Source of the DNA: a virus
DNA length: 64,000 nucleotides
Direction: 5' to 3' (one strand)
Virus record (IMG/VR): IMGVR_UViG_3300022872_000001
Coordinates: 64,001-128,000 of that record
Position 1 is the first letter of the stretch, and each line of letters opens with the position of its first letter. This document shows positions 8,750 through 17,858 of this stretch, piece by piece. The notes below the pieces were generated by a model. The model was not told where the DNA came from. It searched no databases and saw only the letters and a program-made list of their open reading frames with translations. The translations under genes were made by a program, and so were the position numbers.

Positions 8750-9109
8750 ATGGATACGTATCAGGAGGGACTTGCTATTCTAAGTACAGATAGAGCTTTC
8801 CCAGGTACAGTAAGCATTTGTCTTCATGTATTGCCTAGCACCCGTCAGAAATTGACCGCAGGTTCTCTAATAGCATTCTCTCATGACTATGCGAGATTCA
8901 ATCTTGCTTGTAAATACTTGGAATGGACGGTACATGGTACCAACGATAAGTGTCTATCTCTGTCCTTGATTAAAGCCACTCAGTGGGGACAGCGTGATGA
9001 CGTAATGTGGGATTCTGAATTAGGTGAGAGTGTTGCTGCTCATTCCTTCCGTTATAAATTAAAAGATAAGAGGTTATACCGTGGAAAAAGAAGTAATCAA
9101 GTTTCTTGA
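8750..9109 (+). CDS. hypothetical protein
   Basis: 119-aa ORF in a co-directional gene run. Confidence 0.55.
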   Translation: MDTYQEGLAILSTDRAFPGTVSICLHVLPSTRQKLTAGSLIAFSHDYARFNLACKYLEWTVHGTNDKCLSLSLIKATQWGQRDDVMWDSELGESVAAHSFRYKLKDKRLYRGKRSNQVS

Positions 9110-9524
9110 AACTGCCTGCAAACGTGCAGATTACAATCCTGCATTAACCATTTTGGTGGTGACTGCGCGGGAAGATGTTTTTGATGACATTCGCAAAGCA
9201 GTGCACAACATCTGTTTAACCGCCCTCAAGGCATCCTGGGCCTCGGATAACGGAGACTTTGATGAATTCTCCGTAGAACCTGTATCCACAGTTTGGCTTA
9301 CTCCCAATGATGAGTTCACACCGCGCGGGCACTCGTCAATTGCAGCCATTGTTGATGCTGAAACTAAACCTACTCCAGGTACGGTAAAAGCGATTGCCCT
9401 TTCCTTGGCCGATAAATCTCGTTCCTTGAAACTTGATGTTAAATCGATGATTCTGGAGGCTTCCTTATTTGGAGGCTACAGTAGAAACGATTGGACATCC
9501 GATGATCCTAAGGAATCAGCATGA
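9081..9524 (+). CDS. hypothetical protein
   Basis: 147-aa ORF with GTG start in a co-directional run. Confidence 0.55.
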   Translation: MEKEVIKFLETACKRADYNPALTILVVTAREDVFDDIRKAVHNICLTALKASWASDNGDFDEFSVEPVSTVWLTPNDEFTPRGHSSIAAIVDAETKPTPGTVKAIALSLADKSRSLKLDVKSMILEASLFGGYSRNDWTSDDPKESA

Positions 9525-9736
9525 GTTACGGTGAAGGTCCCGTAATATACAGCCTTCCTAAACTTATCTTAGATAAGGAATATCAGGAACAGATTACTTC
9601 CACCTCTGTGTATTTGAACGGTAGGTGGGTACCTGCTCGCTGCACCCAACGTATCCCCGGTTTCTTCGGAAAACTTAAACTTGCCTATGGTGTATTCACA
9701 GGTAAATACGATGTTCTGGATTGGGACGGTCAGTAA
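9521..9736 (+). CDS. hypothetical protein
   Basis: aagga RBS; overlapping stop/start with neighbours. Confidence 0.6.
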   Translation: MSYGEGPVIYSLPKLILDKEYQEQITSTSVYLNGRWVPARCTQRIPGFFGKLKLAYGVFTGKYDVLDWDGQ

Positions 9737-9975
9737 TGGACAATAAGACACGGAAGAAACTAGCTAAACAGGTCATCAAGAATGTGTTTGGTGAATTACG
9801 GAATGATAATCCAAAAGAAGTAATTGACGCATTGGAAGATGCACATAAGGATAATGTCAAACTTATTAAGGATAACTCAAGACTTGAAAAGGAGAATGCT
9901 ATCTTAGCTGCTGAAAACCGTGAGCTGAAAACTAAACTTGGCTTACCTGTACCTACTTTGTCGGAACACGATTAA
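9736..9975 (+). CDS. hypothetical coiled-coil protein
   Basis: Heptad pattern NVKLIKDNSRLEKENAILAAENRELK; start at the TAATG overlap. Confidence 0.6.
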   Translation: MDNKTRKKLAKQVIKNVFGELRNDNPKEVIDALEDAHKDNVKLIKDNSRLEKENAILAAENRELKTKLGLPVPTLSEHD

Positions 9976-9984
9976 GGAGTTATC

Positions 9985-10305
9985 ATGGCTGATTTCTTCA
10001 TTACTGAATCACAGGTTATTGGTAAGGTTCATGCTCTACGTAGTACTTGTAAACAGCATCATTTGAATCTTAAATACGGCTTTGTTATTGACGCTTTGTC
10101 TCGTGCCGTGGGCTGTAAGAGCCATGCTGATTTTCTAACGACAATCCGAAACCACAAACCAGTTAAGGCTTTCAGTTTATCTGTATTCATAGAACGCCTA
10201 TCTAGTCTAACCTCTCTTGAATTTGCAATTAAGGTAGAGGCAGTTCTTATTGATACGCAGTACGCAGAGAATTTTAATAACCATATCAAAGAAGCCGAGG
10301 AATAA
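9985..10305 (+). CDS. hypothetical protein
   Basis: aaggag RBS; 106-aa helical ORF. Confidence 0.65.
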   Translation: MADFFITESQVIGKVHALRSTCKQHHLNLKYGFVIDALSRAVGCKSHADFLTTIRNHKPVKAFSLSVFIERLSSLTSLEFAIKVEAVLIDTQYAENFNNHIKEAEE

Positions 10306-10456
10306 ACATATACGTGCTACAGATGCGGCCTCTATGAACAAAGCACATGTTCATCCTGTAATTCGAATTAATGCGCTGGATGATTTTCAGATCGAAACAA
10401 TATCGAACATCAATAAGCTTATCAAAAGTCTTAAAGATCAACTCAAGGAAATTAAA

Positions 10457-11134
10457 ATGCCTCAAGAAATTAAAGTTTTAAATCATGGATCCATTCGTTT
10501 GGTAGATCACATGGGTAGTGACCTTTCTGTTGTTAGGTCGGCCCGTGTTAGTTATGATGCTGAATGGCGCGCAGGGGAAGACGCAGGTAAAGATGCAAAA
10601 CTCATTAACTACCTGATGAAAAATCATCATACTTCTCCTTTCGAATCTGTTACCTTTACCTTTGAAGTCAAAGCCCCTATATTTGTGTTTCGCCAGTGGC
10701 ATCGTCATCGCACCTGGTCTTTCAATGAAATCTCTGCGCGTTACTCGGAATTACCGGAAGAGTATTACGTACCTGAGGTGTGCAAGATTACAAGCCAATC
10801 TGTAAATAATAAGCAGCAGCGAACTGAAGAAATTATTGAGTCAGCTATCTATGTAAAAGATCTTATAGATAGACAATGCGCGGGCGCGTTTGCTACCTAT
10901 AAAGAACTACTAGCCAAAGGTTGCCCGCGTGAACTTGCCCGAGGTGTTTTGCCAGTTAATACCTACAGTAAAATGTTTGCCACAATTGATCTGCATAACC
11001 TTCTTGGATTCATTCGTTTGCGTGATCATAGCCATGCCCAATATGAGATTCAGGTATATGCTCAAGCCATGCTGGAACTGATTGAACCTATTGTACCAGA
11101 ATCAATTAAGGCTTTTAAATCAACCTTGGTTTAA
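10457..11134 (+). CDS. thyX: flavin-dependent thymidylate synthase
   Basis: RHRTWSFNEISARY (RHRx7SxR), HHTSPFE, PRELARGVLP, HAQYEI; aagga RBS before ATG 10457 (the frame is open further upstream). Confidence 0.95.
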   Translation: MPQEIKVLNHGSIRLVDHMGSDLSVVRSARVSYDAEWRAGEDAGKDAKLINYLMKNHHTSPFESVTFTFEVKAPIFVFRQWHRHRTWSFNEISARYSELPEEYYVPEVCKITSQSVNNKQQRTEEIIESAIYVKDLIDRQCAGAFATYKELLAKGCPRELARGVLPVNTYSKMFATIDLHNLLGFIRLRDHSHAQYEIQVYAQAMLELIEPIVPESIKAFKSTLV

Positions 11135-11425
11135 GAACGTTATGACCCCCTTAATGGTTCCGATCTACCTCTGGATGAAATGCGCAGTTACCGTCCTGTT
11201 GAATTTTTAATGCCTAAGGACGATGAGGTTTCAGCTCATCTCTATCTAAACCGAATGAACGTGCCACGTTACACGTTAAGCTGTCAACTTTACCAGCGTT
11301 CGATTCACTGAGCGCCTTTTCACAGTAATGTGATTAGCAAACCTTGTTAAACGGGGGATAGCTCACGTAGCCAATCCCGTGCTAACTTTCTAATTAATTG
11401 TAGGTGTACATTTTAGGTATCCAAT

Positions 11426-11454
11426 TTAATATCGTTATTATTTAGCGAGGTTAA
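11426..11454 (+). promoter_or_regulatory. hairpin that would sequester the endonuclease RBS
   Basis: TTAA.TCGTTA-ttatt-TAGCGA.GG.TTAA stem covers the GAGG RBS and ends 2 nt before ATG 11456. Confidence 0.45.
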
Positions 11455-11455
11455 T

Positions 11456-12268
11456 ATGGATATACTATGTGGTGTTTATAAGATAACTAGTAAGGCGACA
11501 AAAAGGTTTTATTACGGAAGTTCTGCTAATATGCGTAAACGTAAGAAAGGTCACTTAAAGGCACTTTCAAACAATAGACATCATAATAGTAGACTACAGG
11601 CAGTGTACAACTCTTACGGGTTACATGACCTATCTTTTACCGTAGTAAAGCTATGTAGTATTACTAGAGCGCGAAAATTAGAGCAACAATACATTACTGA
11701 TAATTGTAAAAATAAGAAAATGCTAAATATAGGCTTAGGCGCCATAGGTGGTGATAACTTAACTAACAATCCAAACCGTAAAACTATAGTTGCGAAAATT
11801 ACTAAAGCTGTGCAGGACCGTATGAATACAATGACCAAGGCAGAACGAGTTGAAGCTTTTGGTAGACAAGGTCCTGCAAATGGTATGTATGGTAAAACTC
11901 ATACAAAAGAAGCTAGAGCAAAAATATCTAAAAACAATACTGGTAAAACTATAGATCATAGTGGTTGGGTTCCAACTTCTGAAAATGTCGCTAACTATCA
12001 AAAGGCAGCAAGACTAAGAGTTGCACAAGAGGATTACGTAAACCCTTTCACAGATAAAGTACACAGTAAGAAGACTTTAAAACATTTGTCTAACCTTGCT
12101 AAAGCTCGGTATGCTTCAGGCATACTTCCAGGTAATACACGCAAAGTTAAGATAGAAGGTAAAGTATATGAAAGTGTTTCTGCTGCAAGCCGAGCAATCG
12201 GCAAAGGTAAACCTACTATCGTATATCGCTTAAAATCTCCTTACTGGGACTACATATATTTAGATTAA
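11456..12268 (+). CDS. intron-encoded GIY-YIG homing endonuclease (I-TevI-like, NUMOD3)
   Basis: GVYKITSKATKRFYYGSS, catalytic R and E positions, NUMOD3-like NGMYGKTHTKEARAKIS, C-terminal HTH-like YESVSAASRAIG. Confidence 0.9.
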   Translation: MDILCGVYKITSKATKRFYYGSSANMRKRKKGHLKALSNNRHHNSRLQAVYNSYGLHDLSFTVVKLCSITRARKLEQQYITDNCKNKKMLNIGLGAIGGDNLTNNPNRKTIVAKITKAVQDRMNTMTKAERVEAFGRQGPANGMYGKTHTKEARAKISKNNTGKTIDHSGWVPTSENVANYQKAARLRVAQEDYVNPFTDKVHSKKTLKHLSNLAKARYASGILPGNTRKVKIEGKVYESVSAASRAIGKGKPTIVYRLKSPYWDYIYLD

Positions 12269-12744
12269 ATGCCTAACGACTATCGAACGCACGTATTAAA
12301 TACGGAAGCTAGTAGAGTAGAGCCAAGTGGCTCGAAGTGCAAGGATTCCTTTAGTTAGGAATGTGATATAGTCTACTCTGCATAGTGATATGCAGCAGCC
12401 TGTAACTGAGGACGACAGGCGGTTATAGTCTAACGAACTATAGCGAATATAATGTCTTGTGATTCCTTCCTCAGCGTTCCGTTCAACATCGCCAGCTATG
12501 CATTGCTAACTGAAATGATGGCACAACAGGTAAACATGGTTGCTGATGAATTTATCTGGACAGGCGGCGACTGCCATATCTACTCCAATCATTACGAACA
12601 GGTGGAAGAACAGTTATCGCGTGAACCATTCCCGTATCCAACATTGAAGCTCAATAAAGCTGCATCAATTTTCGATTATAAATTTGAAGATATTGTTATC
12701 GAGGACTATCAATGTCATCCAGCGATCAAAGCGCCAGTAGCCGT

Positions 12745-13164
12745 ATGACCTCCCTTACTGAATCTAACGCCAACGACTATTTAGTTTGGTCAGACATGGT
12801 TCAGGATTATGATCCTGATTTAACTTGGGAGCGCATAAAGAATGCCTGGAATACGATCCTGTTTAATCCTGACATATACGGATATTTGATAAGGGTGGAC
12901 AATCAGATCGTAGGCTTCGCGCATTTGGTGTACCATACATTCCCATTTGCGGTAGGCACTACGTGTTATTTATCCGATCTCTACGTTAAGCGTGAGTTTC
13001 GACGTAAAGGAATCGCTACCGAAGTTCTTAATCAATTTATTCAAATTGCGAAAGACAGTAAATGGGAAAGGTTATATTGGGTTACTGAACACGGTAACCC
13101 GGCGCGTACTCTATACGACTCAGTTGCAAAGTGTGAGTTTGTGCGCTACCACACAGATTTTTAG
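12745..13164 (+). CDS. GNAT-family acetyltransferase
   Basis: [16 protein letters not shown] acetyl-CoA motif A; N..ARTLYD motif B; start at the ATGA overlap, 12745. Confidence 0.85.
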   Translation: MTSLTESNANDYLVWSDMVQDYDPDLTWERIKNAWNTILFNPDIYGYLIRVDNQIVGFAHLVYHTFPFAVGTTCYLSDLYVKREFRRKGIATEVLNQFIQIAKDSKWERLYWVTEHGNPARTLYDSVAKCEFVRYHTDF

Positions 13165-13171
13165 GAACAGT

Positions 13172-13543
13172 ATGGTCACCAAGGAATTCACCATAAGCTT
13201 GGATCTAATCAAAGACATAGGCCGGGGATACAATGACATCCTTACAGAGAGTATAACAATTACCGAAGGTCATCCGGAGGTTATTCGTCACATAGTAAAG
13301 AATGTCGTAAAGGGATATCTTCTAGCTTTGAATGCCAGTAACTTCCTGATTGATCAATTAACGGTTGATACGGCTATTCTTAACGTTGAAGGTGCCCTTG
13401 TCAGTTTCTTGCCTACCTTACTAGATACCATGACCATCCGCATTGTATGTAATAATCCTCCCAATGTTTTGGAGAAGAACCTGCTACGCTTATACGCGTA
13501 TTTTAGCTATGGTGACCAACCTTATGCAATCTATTTCAAATAG
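13172..13543 (+). CDS. hypothetical protein
   Basis: ATG 13172 after an agga RBS, within the longer open frame. Confidence 0.55.
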   Translation: MVTKEFTISLDLIKDIGRGYNDILTESITITEGHPEVIRHIVKNVVKGYLLALNASNFLIDQLTVDTAILNVEGALVSFLPTLLDTMTIRIVCNNPPNVLEKNLLRLYAYFSYGDQPYAIYFK

Positions 13544-13555
13544 GCCTTTTCGAAA

Positions 13556-14437
13556 ATGTTAACCTCTCAGAGAGTAGTTAATCCGAACTCCCTAAAATTT
13601 CATCCGTATGATGATACCGATCTTGTTGAACTGCGCAATCAGGTAATTAGTAGTTCTAAGCTCCTTGTTGATTCTCAATTGTTTAGTGAGGAGCACTCAT
13701 TTGATGATCTTCTGGAAAAGATCTTTAAGTTTAAAGGCTCGACCGATGCGCAGGTACAGGAAAAGGTTGATAAGTTATTTCAGTTTTCAAAATTGCCTTT
13801 CGACCCTTTTGTTATTGAGCATGAGAAGGGATTATTTGTATTAACGAATTCCGATAAGGGCATCAAATTTAAAGCTATCCATTCAGATGGTTCAGTTCAT
13901 CCTTTTGGCGCTTCTTTAGACAGGATTGTTCGGGAGAACAGTAAGCTTTCTCTAAATGCGCACAGTATATGTTCTCCTAGATATGAACTGCATGTTCGTA
14001 ATTCCTATGCAGCTCATATAAATGGTACATTCCAAAAGTGTTCTAAAAACACCGAGGGTGCGCGTTCCTTACACGATTGCGAGGCTCAATGGTCGGTAAT
14101 GTGTCTGGTGCAGGTAATGTACATTCTGATGCTGTTGAATGCTAAGAATGTAGGAACCACCAAGATAAAGCCTTCAAATAAAGAGTCTCAAAATGTTCCT
14201 AAATTCCTGCGCCCAAAATTTGAATATCATATTCTAAATTTGGATAGGCGCGTTAAGGAATTAAAAACATTAATGGATGTACAAAACTATTTTCTACATA
14301 TCCCTTCAGATCGTAGAATGCATATGGTGCGAGGTCATTTCAAATGTTTGAATGGTAATTTACATTGGTGGTCTCCCCACTTGCGCAATAAGACAGCTAA
14401 TGAGTTCCTGGACAAAGATTACAAATTAATTGTATGA
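13556..14437 (+). CDS. hypothetical protein with His/Trp-rich C-terminal motif
   Basis: RMHMVRGHFK...HWWSPHLR near the C-terminus. Confidence 0.7.
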   Translation: MLTSQRVVNPNSLKFHPYDDTDLVELRNQVISSSKLLVDSQLFSEEHSFDDLLEKIFKFKGSTDAQVQEKVDKLFQFSKLPFDPFVIEHEKGLFVLTNSDKGIKFKAIHSDGSVHPFGASLDRIVRENSKLSLNAHSICSPRYELHVRNSYAAHINGTFQKCSKNTEGARSLHDCEAQWSVMCLVQVMYILMLLNAKNVGTTKIKPSNKESQNVPKFLRPKFEYHILNLDRRVKELKTLMDVQNYFLHIPSDRRMHMVRGHFKCLNGNLHWWSPHLRNKTANEFLDKDYKLIV

Positions 14438-14446
14438 AAGATTTTC

Positions 14447-14683
14447 ATGACCTATAAAATCTTTTTCGCCGATACGATAGAAGAACTAGAAGCTATCGTA
14501 AATCAGAAACGCACAGAAGGGTGGAACTACGTAGGTGGTCCTGCTATTGTTCCTTCTCGCGCATTTGCTGTAGGTGCTTTAAAGGATATTAGAGATGACG
14601 TTGTTCTAAACCTTCAAGACTATAGCTATAAATTAACGTTCATGCAAGCCATGGACGATAAACCTATTGAACCTCAAAACTAA
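14447..14683 (+). CDS. DUF1737-like small protein
   Basis: YKI...ELEAIVNQKRTEGWNYVGGP pattern. Confidence 0.55.
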   Translation: MTYKIFFADTIEELEAIVNQKRTEGWNYVGGPAIVPSRAFAVGALKDIRDDVVLNLQDYSYKLTFMQAMDDKPIEPQN

Positions 14684-14693
14684 GGAGTATTAA

Positions 14694-14996
14694 ATGATTA
14701 CAACCGATCAAATTCGAATTATTGAAGTTCTTGATAACAATATCTGGGTGCAGGCTCAGTTGGTTCAAATGGAGGCGGGGGATATTTTCCGTATGACAGA
14801 ACCTGATGGTACACGTCTGACTTGCGCTCTACCTGACGGAAGCACTACCGAATTATTCCAGGCTACTTCTCAGGCACAGATTGGTTGTGAACCGTTCGTT
14901 CTAGGAGGTTTGCCATCTGCACCACCTTCAACAGATCAAGCACCTATTGACGGCCTTTCCTCGGGAGCTGATAATGCCCCTATCTCGGGAAGTTAA
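14694..14996 (+). CDS. hypothetical protein
   Basis: aaggag RBS; weak similarity to 15286..15534. Confidence 0.65.
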   Translation: MITTDQIRIIEVLDNNIWVQAQLVQMEAGDIFRMTEPDGTRLTCALPDGSTTELFQATSQAQIGCEPFVLGGLPSAPPSTDQAPIDGLSSGADNAPISGS

Positions 14997-15258
14997 AATC
15001 TTCTATGCGTTTCTGCTAAAGGAAGATGAAAGTACAAGTTCTTATGTAACCTCTGCAACTGCCACTATTTGCAAGGCAACTCGATTAGCTATAGATGCAA
15101 ATGGTAAGTGCCATGCTTTTAACAAACGTCCAGCCTTTGATGGTAAAGCATGGCAGCCTGCGAATCGTCATAAGGTATTTGTATTTACTCTTCCTAAGCA
15201 GGTTCCTTTCGTAGCTGCCGATACGCAATTCCAGTTTAGGAAGCAGGCTAATAAATGA
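14947..15258 (+). CDS. hypothetical protein
   Basis: ORF in a co-directional run; the true start may be the internal ATG. Confidence 0.5.
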   Translation: MTAFPRELIMPLSREVKIFYAFLLKEDESTSSYVTSATATICKATRLAIDANGKCHAFNKRPAFDGKAWQPANRHKVFVFTLPKQVPFVAADTQFQFRKQANK

Positions 15259-15285
15259 CGCTATCCTGCCTACAGGGATTAAGAT

Positions 15286-15534
15286 ATGAAAATAGAACAG
15301 GTAATCAATGTTGAATGTAAGATTTTCGATACCTGGGTTCCATGCACGTGGAACCAACTGGAGTACGGAGACTTATTCCGTATTAAAGATTCATTTGGCA
15401 TGCCTGTTCTTCACAATGGTAGAGACGAACTAATATTTGTTTCGCAAACAATCATTGTAGACTATCCTAAGTCCGAACGTACACTATGGCACCGTATCAA
15501 ATCCTTCTTTACTCCTAAAACAATTCTCCTTTAA
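15286..15534 (+). CDS. hypothetical protein
   Basis: WVPCTWNQLEYGDLFRI resembles WVQAQLVQMEAGDIFRM of 14694. Confidence 0.6.
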   Translation: MKIEQVINVECKIFDTWVPCTWNQLEYGDLFRIKDSFGMPVLHNGRDELIFVSQTIIVDYPKSERTLWHRIKSFFTPKTILL

Positions 15535-15544
15535 GGATTTTCAA

Positions 15545-16138
15545 ATGGCTGCAAAATTGATTGCCTTCTCCGGTGCGCACTCTACGGGTAAAACGTCTAC
15601 ACTTGATGCTATTAAGGCTGCGAATATATTCGATATCTACGTGGATGACTTCAAGGCTAGTCGGCAAGCTCAGGCAGAACTCGGCATGGAATTATCGGAT
15701 ATCATTGCTGATCCGAAACTGATGCGTGAATTTCAAACACGGATTTTGTATTCCAAATGGGAGCACGAGAAGGAATTGATTAAATCCCGGGAAGGTATCA
15801 TTCTGGTAGATCGTTCTCCAGCTGATATCTACGCGTATACGTATATGTGGAATGAGCAGCATCCAAATTTGACGTGGTTTGAGCCTTATGAGTTACGTCT
15901 CACCGTTATGATTCAGGAATATGCCTTCATTGTTGATTTTCCCATTATCGATGAAGTTCCCTTTGTTGAGGAATCTGGAAGAGCTACCTTGGAAACTCGT
16001 GCCCGGCATTCTCGCCTAACTACAGGATTCCTAAAACTTCGAGCACCCAATTCCCATCACAGGCTGAGCGCTGTATCTATAGACGAAAGAGTCACTGAGA
16101 TTGTTACCTTGGCTAATATCCTTCAAGTTGCAGCTTAA
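15545..16138 (+). CDS. P-loop nucleotide kinase (AAA_28/NadR-like, dNMP-kinase-like)
   Basis: IAFSGAHSTGKTS Walker A; DRSPAD motif. Confidence 0.75.
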   Translation: MAAKLIAFSGAHSTGKTSTLDAIKAANIFDIYVDDFKASRQAQAELGMELSDIIADPKLMREFQTRILYSKWEHEKELIKSREGIILVDRSPADIYAYTYMWNEQHPNLTWFEPYELRLTVMIQEYAFIVDFPIIDEVPFVEESGRATLETRARHSRLTTGFLKLRAPNSHHRLSAVSIDERVTEIVTLANILQVAA

Positions 16139-16141
16139 ATT

Positions 16142-16474
16142 ATGGCTGATCTCCTTCAAGACAAATTCAACGTATTGGATAAACGAGTTAAGGAATTGGA
16201 AGTCCAGCTATCCCTGGCCCGTTCGGAAGTTGTTATGTACCGCAGGCAATTGGGCGATTTATTTCCTATAGACATAACCGTACTAAAGGTGGATTCCCAG
16301 GAGCTCCTGGAGGACATTGAAACCTTGCAGGACGCTTTGAGTAATACTGCGAAGAATATGTACATCGATGCAGGTAATATGGTAGGTCTAATTTCTGGCA
16401 AACATCGTAAGTTTCGTTTCTCCTCGCAACAAGCCAAGATTTTTAACGGCATAGTTATAATGGAAGACCTGTAA
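16142..16474 (+). CDS. hypothetical coiled-coil protein
   Basis: 110-aa ORF with an N-terminal heptad pattern. Confidence 0.6.
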   Translation: MADLLQDKFNVLDKRVKELEVQLSLARSEVVMYRRQLGDLFPIDITVLKVDSQELLEDIETLQDALSNTAKNMYIDAGNMVGLISGKHRKFRFSSQQAKIFNGIVIMEDL

Positions 16475-16511
16475 CAGTCTCAGGTATAAGTTGGCATTCT
16501 AGGAGAATAGA

Positions 16512-16925
16512 TTGGTAAAAGGCACTCTTTTTAATATCAACATGAATCTCTGTTCCAATCTTTTGATGGACATATGCGAGATGATAACGAACACTCGCAG
16601 GAAGATGCTTGTAGAAAAGGCAGTGGAACCGTGGGTCGATGAAATCTTTACCAACATATGTGATGAGTATATCCGAATACTGGCATCCTGCCTACTAAAG
16701 AACATTCCAACGGATATAATCCAAGGTGCCATAGAATCCAAGGTACGCTCTGCTGTTATCCGAACTCTTCTAAAGAATGACATTAAGATTCAGTACGAAA
16801 AGATTGTGGTAGTATGCGATAACTCCTTGATGACAAAACAGGATATAGAGGAGGATTATTATCTGTTCACAGCAGAATTCGCCGCAGGTCCTTCCTACTA
16901 TAGTATCAACTTCCGAAGGAAATAA
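16512..16925 (+). CDS. hypothetical protein
   Basis: TTG start with an aggag RBS at suitable spacing. Confidence 0.55.
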   Translation: MVKGTLFNINMNLCSNLLMDICEMITNTRRKMLVEKAVEPWVDEIFTNICDEYIRILASCLLKNIPTDIIQGAIESKVRSAVIRTLLKNDIKIQYEKIVVVCDNSLMTKQDIEEDYYLFTAEFAAGPSYYSINFRRK

Positions 16926-16943
16926 TGATCCATATAACCTATC

Positions 16944-17378
16944 ATGCCAAAGTCTAAGAACAAACGCAAACAAGGCAGACCGGCCGCACCTCCCCGCATT
17001 CCTATTCTGTTAAGAATTAATCAGGAAACAAATGCAGGTATGAGTGCTCTTATAGGCTACGCAGAATTCACCAAACTAGAGCAGCGTGTACCTGATGAAG
17101 GTACCTGGCATCGTCTAGCCTTGCGCTTGAATATCGGTTCCCGCCTGTCTCTTATTTTCAATGATCCCATAATTAGTGAAGACATGCTGAAAAGTTTGGA
17201 CATGCTAATAAAGGTACATGAACGCTTTACCCGTACAGGCATTATGGTTGCAGGAGATCCTGAACTGCAGGTAATTCACCAAGGCCTCCGGTATGTAGAG
17301 GCTCTGCAGGCTAGGTGTACCGCCCGTGAAATTCAGGAAGCCTACAATTATGTATTAAAGCACGCAGCCACTACGTAG
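16944..17378 (+). CDS. hypothetical protein
   Basis: 144 aa; basic N-terminus MPKSKNKRK. Confidence 0.65.
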   Translation: MPKSKNKRKQGRPAAPPRIPILLRINQETNAGMSALIGYAEFTKLEQRVPDEGTWHRLALRLNIGSRLSLIFNDPIISEDMLKSLDMLIKVHERFTRTGIMVAGDPELQVIHQGLRYVEALQARCTAREIQEAYNYVLKHAATT

Positions 17379-17410
17379 AATTTCATGTGTGATCTACCTA
17401 GGAGTCAATA

Positions 17411-17857
17411 ATGGCAACGAAGAAACCTGCAGTCAAGAATCAAGGGATGACCTTATCCCAATTAGCGGCTCGAACCACCATGGATCGGATTGAAAGATCT
17501 CGATACGTTAAGCTCCTGAAGACCAAAATGGGACATGACGCAAATGGTTATGGTTTCATAGCCGCGCAAACTACGACTACAAAAGTTGTAGACCAATCTG
17601 GGCGTTTGGTACGTCACGTGGGCAGTAAATATATAACGATGGTAACGTTCTTCGATAAACAATTACATTGCCGCGTTTCTTGCTCCTGCGATGATAATCT
17701 GTTTCGATGGGAGGTTGCGAATACCAAACGCAATGCAGCAGAGATTGAATACTCAAATGGCGAACGTCCCAAGGTTACCAATCCCACCATGAATCCCGGA
17801 CTCTGTAAGCACTTATATGCGCTCTATGTCAGTGTGAGATTTAAACTACCTAAATGA
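17411..17857 (+). CDS. SWIM zinc-finger protein
   Basis: CSC...CKHL (CxCxnCxH); ggag RBS. Confidence 0.7.
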   Translation: MATKKPAVKNQGMTLSQLAARTTMDRIERSRYVKLLKTKMGHDANGYGFIAAQTTTTKVVDQSGRLVRHVGSKYITMVTFFDKQLHCRVSCSCDDNLFRWEVANTKRNAAEIEYSNGERPKVTNPTMNPGLCKHLYALYVSVRFKLPK

Positions 17858-17858
17858 G

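Larger units (their letters stand above)
11300..12454 (+). mobile_element. group I self-splicing intron
   Basis: Exon ends in U (CGT) and intron ends in G. P1: exon GCGU with GCGC 11312-11315. P4-P6-like AAACGGGGGA (11349) / AATCCCGTGCTAA (11373). P7: GACTAT 12278-83 with ATAGTC 12368-73. P9 hairpin CTGCAT...ATGCAG. Splicing restores YQR|SCD in frame. Confidence 0.88.
11135..12748 (+). pseudogene. thyA: 5'-truncated thymidylate synthase ThyA, split by a group I intron (exon 1 remnant 11135-11299; exon 2 12455-12748)
   Basis: Exon 1 ends LSCQLYQR and exon 2 reads [15 protein letters not shown]...GDCHIYSNH...[10 protein letters not shown]. The N-terminal half, including the catalytic PCH cysteine, is absent; the thyX stop codon immediately precedes it in the same frame. 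Confidence 0.85.

Noticed and set aside
10250-10456. N-terminal extension of ThyX, or the missing thyA 5' end
   Set aside because: No ThyA motifs (for example DRTGTGT) are present; the best RBS precedes ATG 10457
12452-12748. Stand-alone 98-aa ORF
   Set aside because: Its ATG is the last three bases of the intron; it is thyA exon 2
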